Below are positions 8,146 to 13,956 of a stretch of 28,657 nucleotides of DNA, piece after piece. Position numbers and translations under genes: made by a program. Numbering within the stretch: the first letter of the stretch is position 1; every line of letters begins with the position of its first letter. Origin of the DNA: Escherichia phage ST-T-K. Under the pieces are notes generated by a model, which saw nothing but the letters and a program-made list of their open reading frames with translations, ran no database searches and had not been told where the DNA came from. Location: the sequence record OR992647.1. One strand, 5' to 3'.

Positions 8146-8178
8146 TTGGTTGCGTAATTAGGTTGGTTGCATTATCTT
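8146..8178 (+). promoter_or_regulatory. paired TTGGTTGC elements with promoter-like hexamers
   Basis: TTGGTTGC at 8146-8153 and 8163-8170 (17 bp apart), followed by ATTATCTT; possible -35 TTGCGT (8150-8155) and -10 TATCTT (8173-8178). Confidence 0.4.
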
Positions 8179-8180
8179 AA

Positions 8181-8206
8181 GGGTGTCCGGTTGGACGCCC
8201 TTTTTA
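8181..8206 (+). terminator. terminator-like hairpin with T-tract immediately upstream of an RBS
   Basis: Stem GGGTGTCC (8181-8188) / GGACGCCC (8193-8200) with one G-U pair, loop GGTT, then TTTTTAAT. Confidence 0.55.
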
Positions 8207-8224
8207 ATACCTGGAGACATTACG

Positions 8225-8689
8225 ATGAAAATTTTACAAGAAGAGAAAAATTACTGGGCTGCGCAATGCCTCGAAGCCCGCGAACAGGCCGAACGCGCGA
8301 ACGCGCTGGCGGATACATACCTGGCGAGCTACGAAGGAGAGGAGAAGGTGCGCAAGGAGCTAGAGGAGCGCTTCGAACTACTTTTCGAACTGATGGGGAT
8401 TATGCAGCGCACCGGATACACAACCAGCGTTGCGCTAAACCGCGTAACTGCCGACGCCCTGCGTGAGCACTGCAAACGTGCCGAGGAGTACGTGCGTCCT
8501 ATGGGCCGCCGGACTTCGATCCCCCGTAAAGACCTGGTGCTGATAGCGTGGCGCAATACAATAAACGGCAATTATTACTCCGATAATCGCCCGCTTAGCG
8601 CCGAGGAAGCAAAGCGCGTGCAACGCGTCATCGGTAAAGGCGATAAGGTTCCACTATACGCGTTAGACACCGACCATGACGGAGAATGA
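8225..8689 (+). CDS. hypothetical protein (154 aa)
   Basis: ATG at 8225 with GGAGA at 8213-8217 (7-nt spacer); the leader is near-identical to that of the 5485 gene; 3' end overlaps the Dam start by 14 nt. Confidence 0.55.
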   Translation: MKILQEEKNYWAAQCLEAREQAERANALADTYLASYEGEEKVRKELEERFELLFELMGIMQRTGYTTSVALNRVTADALREHCKRAEEYVRPMGRRTSIPRKDLVLIAWRNTINGNYYSDNRPLSAEEAKRVQRVIGKGDKVPLYALDTDHDGE

Positions 8690-9161
8690 GCAGAAGGATA
8701 GCTGGCGCACGCCGCCAGCTTTATTTAAACCGCTGCGCCGCAAGTACCGATTCCGTTACGATATGGCGGCAAGCGACACCAATCACCTGCTACCGCGCTA
8801 CTTCACGGCAGAGCATAGCGCGCTTGATGCGGACTGGTCAGAGTTGAAAGGGTGGAAGTGGTGCAATCCGCCGTACTCCGATCCGCTGCCGTGGGTCGAG
8901 TGCGCTGCGCACGGACGCCGTACTGTCATGCTACTGAATCAGGACACGTCAACGAAGTGGGCGAAGCTGGCCCGGAAGACTGCCAATATGATAATTCTTC
9001 TGGACTGGCGTGTGCGATTCACCCATGCTGTGACCGGCGAAGTTGGGCCGAGCAATAACAAGTGCCAGCAATTGATAATATTTGATGAAGCGCCGCCCAT
9101 CGGCAGCGCACAAATTGAAATAATGAGCGAGAGAGAACTACATGAATATCTTAATCGTTGA
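8676..9161 (+). CDS. DNA N6-adenine methyltransferase, phage Dam type
   Basis: 161 aa with catalytic motif WCNPPYSD (NPPY); size and layout match the small phage Dam family. Confidence 0.8.
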   Translation: MTENEQKDSWRTPPALFKPLRRKYRFRYDMAASDTNHLLPRYFTAEHSALDADWSELKGWKWCNPPYSDPLPWVECAAHGRRTVMLLNQDTSTKWAKLARKTANMIILLDWRVRFTHAVTGEVGPSNNKCQQLIIFDEAPPIGSAQIEIMSERELHEYLNR

Positions 9162-9366
9162 CCGCGACCCCGCGGTAGTAGACCAAATGCAAAGGGACTA
9201 TAACATTGACCCGCGCCGCGACCGTGTGGTGCGCGTATCCCGACCAGAATCCATAATGAGCCTGGACCTTACCGGTTGGCTTGTCATAACCAAGCGTTGC
9301 CATTTCGTATGCAACTCCGTTACTGCGCGAAGCGCCCGTCACACCCTTATTGAGAGCTTAAAATGA
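9142..9366 (+). CDS. hypothetical protein (74 aa), coupled between Dam and the HAD phosphatase
   Basis: ATG at 9142 with GAGAGA upstream; overlaps the Dam 3' end by 20 nt and ends in an ATGA overlap with the next gene at 9363. Confidence 0.4.
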   Translation: MNILIVDRDPAVVDQMQRDYNIDPRRDRVVRVSRPESIMSLDLTGWLVITKRCHFVCNSVTARSARHTLIESLK

Positions 9367-9833
9367 AACTACTGATTTGTGATCTGGATGGCGTTATTAA
9401 TGGTTCAAGTGATGCGCGTGCTGACCTGGTGCCCGGCATAAAAACCAAATCAACCTTTTGGGCGAAGTGGCACAAAGCACACGTACGCGAAGACCTTAAC
9501 ATGGATATGCTGCCGCTGCTGCGCATGTACAAAGCGCAAGGCTTCGAGATAGCGTATCTGACTAACCGGCAGCGCGAATGCTGGGACACGACCGCCAAGC
9601 AATTGGAAGTATTCCCGACGGGCCGGTTGTTCATGCGCCACATGCTGGATGACACCCCACCGCCGGAATTTAAGGCGTGCGCTGTGTTCCAAATGGTTTG
9701 CTATGCGGACGTGTCAGAACTGGTCATCATTGAAGACTGCCCGAAGAATATCGAAGCCATCCGTCGCGCGTGCGGCGATCTGGTCCCGAAAATTTATGCT
9801 ATAAACGTCGCTAAATTCACTTGCAACCAATAG
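9363..9833 (+). CDS. HAD-superfamily phosphatase (possible 5'(3')-deoxyribonucleotidase-like)
   Basis: N-terminal LICDLDGVI fits the HAD DxDG(T/V) nucleophile motif; 156 aa. Confidence 0.6.
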   Translation: MKLLICDLDGVINGSSDARADLVPGIKTKSTFWAKWHKAHVREDLNMDMLPLLRMYKAQGFEIAYLTNRQRECWDTTAKQLEVFPTGRLFMRHMLDDTPPPEFKACAVFQMVCYADVSELVIIEDCPKNIEAIRRACGDLVPKIYAINVAKFTCNQ

Positions 9834-9849
9834 TTGGTCGCATTATAGT
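9821..9849 (+). promoter_or_regulatory. candidate early promoter with inverted TTGCAACCAA / TTGGTCGC elements
   Basis: TTGCAACCAA at 9821-9830 and TTGGTCGC at 9834-9841 form an imperfect inverted repeat; -35 TTGCAA (9821-9826), 17-nt spacer, -10 TATAGT (9844-9849). Confidence 0.45.
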
Positions 9850-9894
9850 TAACTCGTTGGGGGCAATCCGGCCCCCACTAAAAGGAAAAACATC

Positions 9895-10488
9895 ATGAAA
9901 GCATTTGAATACTGCAAGAACGCCGCCACCACTATGGAACAGCGCGGGAAAGAAAACGGCTATGACAACGCGAAAGAAGAACGCAGCGCTAAACAGATCG
10001 CTGCCGTGTTTAACGCGCTTACCGGTCGCGACCTGACCGAGCAAGAAGCCTGGACCTTCCTGATCTGCCTGAAGCTGGTGCGCCAGCACCGTAAGCACCA
10101 GGAAGACAATATTGTTGATCTGGTTGCGTATTCCGCCTTGCTGGGCGAGTCTTACATGACCGTGCATGACGAGATTCAGGTCGATACAACGGCAGCGCAA
10201 TTCGACAGCCTCAAGGGTTGGCCTATCAAGACCAGCGGCGCGTTCAAGCCTTCGGACCTGTCCGTGCGCCTTGACGGCGAGATTAATGCGTATAACAGCG
10301 CAATGCGCGTTGCCGGGGATACGGTGGCCTCGTTCGGAAAGACTGTTAAAGCTGCCAATTTCGGTGTGGCAGATCAAGAAGTACAGCCTATGGTAGTGCT
10401 CACTGGCGAGGATGGGTCCAAAATCCTCATGACGCCGGAAGACTTCCGCAACATGGAAAAAACACTGGTGACTAGCGCACTTAAATAA
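9895..10488 (+). CDS. hypothetical protein (197 aa)
   Basis: ATG at 9895 preceded by AAAGGAAAAA; no motif recognised with confidence. Confidence 0.6.
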   Translation: MKAFEYCKNAATTMEQRGKENGYDNAKEERSAKQIAAVFNALTGRDLTEQEAWTFLICLKLVRQHRKHQEDNIVDLVAYSALLGESYMTVHDEIQVDTTAAQFDSLKGWPIKTSGAFKPSDLSVRLDGEINAYNSAMRVAGDTVASFGKTVKAANFGVADQEVQPMVVLTGEDGSKILMTPEDFRNMEKTLVTSALK

Positions 10489-10530
10489 TTCTAATAGCGG
10501 GCTTCGGCCCGCAGCAATGAGGGCTTCACA

Positions 10531-11106
10531 ATGTACGGCGAATACGAAATAACCGGTAAACAATTCCACATAGCGGCAATGTTGGCGAGCGTCGAGTTTG
10601 ACCAGTGGCGATTAAAGTCTGACGCGTGCAAGCAAAGCCGACTTGTCGGTGTGCTGGGCGAGATGTTTGCGGGCATGTACCTTGAAGGGCAGGCAGGCGG
10701 GCGTAGTTGTATCCCGCAAGGCTTGCTTATGCGTACCGGCCTGTTTAGCGCCAATACTATCGACCGCGGCGATATTATCATGGTCGGTAAACGCAAGGTT
10801 AAGTCCGGCCCCGACTTCCGTGAGCACATGATTGATGCCGTCTGGACCTACGAGGTCAAAGCCACCAGCGGCATCCGTCGCGGACTGGTAGAGGCGCGTT
10901 GCGCTCGCGAGTATCTCACCCGTCGAGTTGCCGGTGTTATCCTGGTGGGCGTATCGTTCGGGCAACATAGCGCACACGGCGTGATTGAGGATATCGCGGA
11001 ACCATACGTGATTGTCAACGACTGGCCGTTGGTGGAAGTAGAAGGTAAGGAGTATTACGAAAGTCCGCTGGTGCGGCGCAAAATGGACTGGGAAAACTCA
11101 AACTAA
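10531..11106 (+). CDS. hypothetical protein (191 aa), possible PD-(D/E)XK-like core
   Basis: ATG at 10531 with GAGGG at 10518-10522; GDIIMVG ... WTYEVKA gives a D ... E-x-K pattern (weak). Confidence 0.55.
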   Translation: MYGEYEITGKQFHIAAMLASVEFDQWRLKSDACKQSRLVGVLGEMFAGMYLEGQAGGRSCIPQGLLMRTGLFSANTIDRGDIIMVGKRKVKSGPDFREHMIDAVWTYEVKATSGIRRGLVEARCAREYLTRRVAGVILVGVSFGQHSAHGVIEDIAEPYVIVNDWPLVEVEGKEYYESPLVRRKMDWENSN

Positions 11107-11130
11107 AAAAGGGGCCGCGTGGCCCCTTCT
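11105..11130. terminator. bidirectional terminator between convergent early and late transcription
   Basis: AAAAAA (11105-11110), stem GGGGCC (11111-11116) / GGCCCC (11121-11126), loop GCGT, then TTCT. Lies between the plus-strand stop at 11106 and the minus-strand stop at 11133. Confidence 0.7.
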
Positions 11131-11132
11131 CA

Positions 11133-12659
11133 TTACTTACCTTCCAGCTTTTCTACTTTCTGCAACAGGTGAACGAAGGCAGCACACAGGTCCATCAACA
11201 GCACGTTACTGTCAAGCGACAGCACATCGTCGGTGTATCCGATCTCCTTTTGCTCGACAATCTCGTTCCCTTCCTCGTCCACGCCAACAACAACGTCCTC
11301 GTAGATTCCATGCCCTGGCAGCAAGTGCACATATTCTGGATCAATCATGGCCAGGTCCTGCGCGATAAGGCCGTAACGCTGTACGTCCGACTCCTTATAC
11401 TTAAACATTGCTGGTAGCCATTGCCGCACTCGGTTGTAACTTTCCGCGCCGTCCGTGTATTGGATTTCTTTCTTCACGTCCCGGTCTGATAGCGGTGCTT
11501 TCTGAAACTCCGACGACGATGGGTTGCCGCTGTTACCCTGAATCAGACGCCCATCCGGCAGGAAGCGGAATAGCGCCTCAGTTTCCCCATTCTTCCACGC
11601 GTGGATCCGGTAGTCTGAAATATGAGTGTCACCGGCACGAACAAGGCCCGCGCGCGCCCAGTCAGCGTACCACTTGTACATTATTTGCCCGACCCAATTG
11701 TCGATGCCCATCGAGGCGTTTGATAGAATTAAGCCGTTAGCCTCCACGTCATTGAATGTTAATGATTCGCCACCGTTCAGGCGTAATGTTGCGTGTTTAA
11801 CGTTACTGTCATCGCCCACCCCCAAAATGTTGCGCGCGGCGTACTTGTCGGCAACGTCCGCTAGGTTCTGCGACTTCTGCATGAACTTAGTGGGGTCGAT
11901 TGCGTTTTTGAAGTCCTCCGCTTCGTCGCGGTATCCTTGCGCTGCATCGCGGGCCGCTTGTGCGTCAGTCTTCGCCGTGTTGGCCTGATCTCGAATAGCG
12001 CCAGTGTCAGTCTTAATTTGATTAGTCTGGTCCTTGATGGACTGCGTATCTGTCTTAATCTGGTCGGTTTGCGTCTTGATCGTATTGGTGGCGTCGTGGA
12101 TTGCCTGCGTATCGGTCTTAATCTGGTCGGTTTGCGTCTTGATCGTATTAGTATCGTTCTTGAAGCCTTCGGCCTCGTCGCGGTATCCTTTCGCTGCGAC
12201 CTCAGATGCGGAGGCTTGTTGTTGCAGGTTGCGCATTTCCACCGGGTCGATCTGCTTCATTAGCTGCGACAGGTAGCCCCATGACATACCCTGCATTACT
12301 GTGCCGTTCGGTAACGTAACTGTGATTTCTTCAGCGTCGCCGAAGATTGCACGCCAGTTGTTCTCGTCCGCAATAAGCATACGCAGTGCTTTCTGTGCCT
12401 GGACTGTTACGCCCATCGTTGCCAGCGACATGGTATCGCGCGCAACGCCATCCCATGCAAGGCCGGATGCCGTCGGGCCGTCAAACGGCAGCACCAAAGT
12501 AAGCCCGGTGTTGCTTTCGATAGATTCGATCGCGATAGTGTAGGGGACTTGCCCCACTACGACAGAAAGGAAATCACCGGCTTTGAACGCCGAAAACGTC
12601 GTACCGGTCCCCGTTACCGACCGGCTGTTATTGGTTAATAAGATAGTACCCGCTGCCAT
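11133..12659 (-). CDS. tail fiber protein with heptad repeats and C-terminal intramolecular chaperone (peptidase S74) domain
   Basis: 508 aa. Central repeats IKTQTDQ / IKTDTQA (~10 heptads) flanked by YRDEAEGFKN and YRDEAEDFKN, reminiscent of T7 gp17-type fibers. C-terminus SDRDVKKEIQY ... YGLIAQDLAMIDPEYV ... LLQKVEKLEGK matches the endosialidase-chaperone autoprocessing domain. RBS AAGAGGA before ATG. Confidence 0.85.
   Translation of the reverse strand: MAAGTILLTNNSRSVTGTGTTFSAFKAGDFLSVVVGQVPYTIAIESIESNTGLTLVLPFDGPTASGLAWDGVARDTMSLATMGVTVQAQKALRMLIADENNWRAIFGDAEEITVTLPNGTVMQGMSWGYLSQLMKQIDPVEMRNLQQQASASEVAAKGYRDEAEGFKNDTNTIKTQTDQIKTDTQAIHDATNTIKTQTDQIKTDTQSIKDQTNQIKTDTGAIRDQANTAKTDAQAARDAAQGYRDEAEDFKNAIDPTKFMQKSQNLADVADKYAARNILGVGDDSNVKHATLRLNGGESLTFNDVEANGLILSNASMGIDNWVGQIMYKWYADWARAGLVRAGDTHISDYRIHAWKNGETEALFRFLPDGRLIQGNSGNPSSSEFQKAPLSDRDVKKEIQYTDGAESYNRVRQWLPAMFKYKESDVQRYGLIAQDLAMIDPEYVHLLPGHGIYEDVVVGVDEEGNEIVEQKEIGYTDDVLSLDSNVLLMDLCAAFVHLLQKVEKLEGK
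12042..12149 (-). repeat. in-frame tandem repeat within the tail fiber gene
   Basis: 45-bp unit ctgcgtatc(t/g)gtcttaatctggtcggtttgcgtcttgatcgtatt at 12042-12086 and 12105-12149 (one mismatch, 63-bp period), within a run of related heptad-coding units. Confidence 0.65.
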
Positions 12660-12677
12660 AGCTGAATCCTCTTAAAA

Positions 12678-12710
12678 TTGGTTGCATTCTTGATTGAGCG
12701 GTGCAATACT
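12678..12710 (+). promoter_or_regulatory. candidate promoter of the moron (TTGGTTGC element, extended -10)
   Basis: TTGGTTGC at 12678-12685; -35 TTGCAT (12682-12687), 17-nt spacer, TG at 12702-12703, -10 AATACT (12705-12710). Lies in the divergent region between the fiber start and the lipoprotein gene. Confidence 0.4.
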
Positions 12711-12740
12711 AAAACTCAACCAAATATAGGAGATGATAAC

Positions 12741-12962
12741 ATGAAAACTTTAATTATGATTTGTGCGGTCCTTTTGTCCGGTTGTGCTGTAGAACGCAAC
12801 AACGGCGATTGCATTACGGTTGCTTACGGTAGCTGCATGTTACGCTACATTGACGGGCAAAAAGTCCCTGCCGGTGATGTGGACATGCGCTTCACTGGTC
12901 TGTCTGCCGATAGCGACGGCAATTTTTCCGGTACAGTATCAGTTAAATCACGGGAGTGGTAA
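12741..12962 (+). CDS. small lipoprotein, candidate Cor/Llp-like superinfection-exclusion protein
   Basis: ATG at 12741 with AGGAG at 12728-12732; MKTLIMICAVLLSGC has a lipobox (LLSGC) following a signal peptide; 73 aa; sits next to the receptor-binding tail genes. Confidence 0.6.
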   Translation: MKTLIMICAVLLSGCAVERNNGDCITVAYGSCMLRYIDGQKVPAGDVDMRFTGLSADSDGNFSGTVSVKSREW

Positions 12963-12964
12963 TA

Positions 12965-13930
12965 ATGGGCGCTGGAATACTCATCGACTACAACGACGGA
13001 CGACCGATTATGGAGATAACTGCCGGTTTGCGCGCTCCGTCATACTGCACTACGTTTGACCAGCGCTGCCAGTCCGACAAGACGCTGACCATTAATACCC
13101 CGCTAACCCCAGGGTCGGATCTTGTCGTTGCGCTCACGCGCCCGGTAGAAGTGCTTGAGGTGTTCGACCAGACGCTGGTTCTCCCCGACCCGTTCTACGT
13201 GACGTCGGTACAGCGCAACGGGGATAGTGGAATTATCCTTCGAGGCGCGGACGCGCATAACGCATACAGCGGCCTCCCGCAATGGGCGGGTATAATTATG
13301 GAAGTGCTGCCGGTGGGGTCACGCAATGCGGGCTTACTGGTGGCGAACTCGACAGACTTCACCGCGATTTCCAACGTGTCCCGGTTAATGACCTGCCGCT
13401 ACGCGCAGCGCGTGCACGTGAACGGTAGTATGCCTTTGCCTGTGGGCGGTATCCCGTTCGCGCGCTGGGATAATGGCAACGTATCGGTAGGCTTCGATGG
13501 TAGTAGTATCATCGTCCGCAATTCGTCTTATGGCGGGATTGATGACGTCGGGGCCGAAGTGGACTTGGATCTGGTTATCTTCAACAATACGCCGCCATCA
13601 CCGGGGACTGGTATCACCATGACGAACAACCAGGGGCAGGTCACGTTCTCGACCGTTAACAAGCCGTTTGTGCTCAATTCGGTAATTAATATCGGCACCG
13701 GCGGTCAGAATATCGGCAATAGCCTCGTACAGCTTTCATATACCGGCGCGCTCATTGAGAACAACAGCGGCTACAACCACGTTCGAATGAACGGGATACG
13801 CATGGCGGGTAACGTGGTTAGTGCGGCGCGTAATCGCGTAATCGGTAACTACTCACGGCAGCAATTCCAGATGCCTGACCGCAACATAACCGTCCCAACC
13901 CCGTTACTCGTCATACCTAACATGTATTAA
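12965..13930 (+). CDS. hypothetical Gly/Asn/Ser/Val-rich protein (321 aa), co-transcribed with the lipoprotein
   Basis: ATG at 12965 with GGGAG at 12952-12956, 2 nt after the lipoprotein stop; composition suggests a beta-rich fiber-like or surface protein; followed by a terminator. Confidence 0.55.
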   Translation: MGAGILIDYNDGRPIMEITAGLRAPSYCTTFDQRCQSDKTLTINTPLTPGSDLVVALTRPVEVLEVFDQTLVLPDPFYVTSVQRNGDSGIILRGADAHNAYSGLPQWAGIIMEVLPVGSRNAGLLVANSTDFTAISNVSRLMTCRYAQRVHVNGSMPLPVGGIPFARWDNGNVSVGFDGSSIIVRNSSYGGIDDVGAEVDLDLVIFNNTPPSPGTGITMTNNQGQVTFSTVNKPFVLNSVINIGTGGQNIGNSLVQLSYTGALIENNSGYNHVRMNGIRMAGNVVSAARNRVIGNYSRQQFQMPDRNITVPTPLLVIPNMY

Positions 13931-13953
13931 AAAGGGGCCATCCGGCCCCTTCT
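13928..13953. terminator. bidirectional terminator between the moron and J
   Basis: AAAAAG, stem GGGGCC (13934-13939) / GGCCCC (13944-13949), loop ATCC, then TTCTCA; nearly identical to the 11105-11130 terminator. Confidence 0.7.
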
Positions 13954-13956
13954 CAT

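Noticed and set aside
9817-10569. 250-aa minus-strand ORF spanning two plus-strand genes and their intergenic hairpin
   Set aside because: Crosses a plus-strand intergenic region with RBS and hairpin; Cys/His/Arg-rich composition; opposes the uniformly plus-strand early operon.
12956-12964. GTG at 12956 as start of the 321-aa moron protein (the track's longest form)
   Set aside because: It overlaps the lipoprotein stop and lacks an RBS; the ATG at 12965 has GGGAG at an 8-nt spacing.
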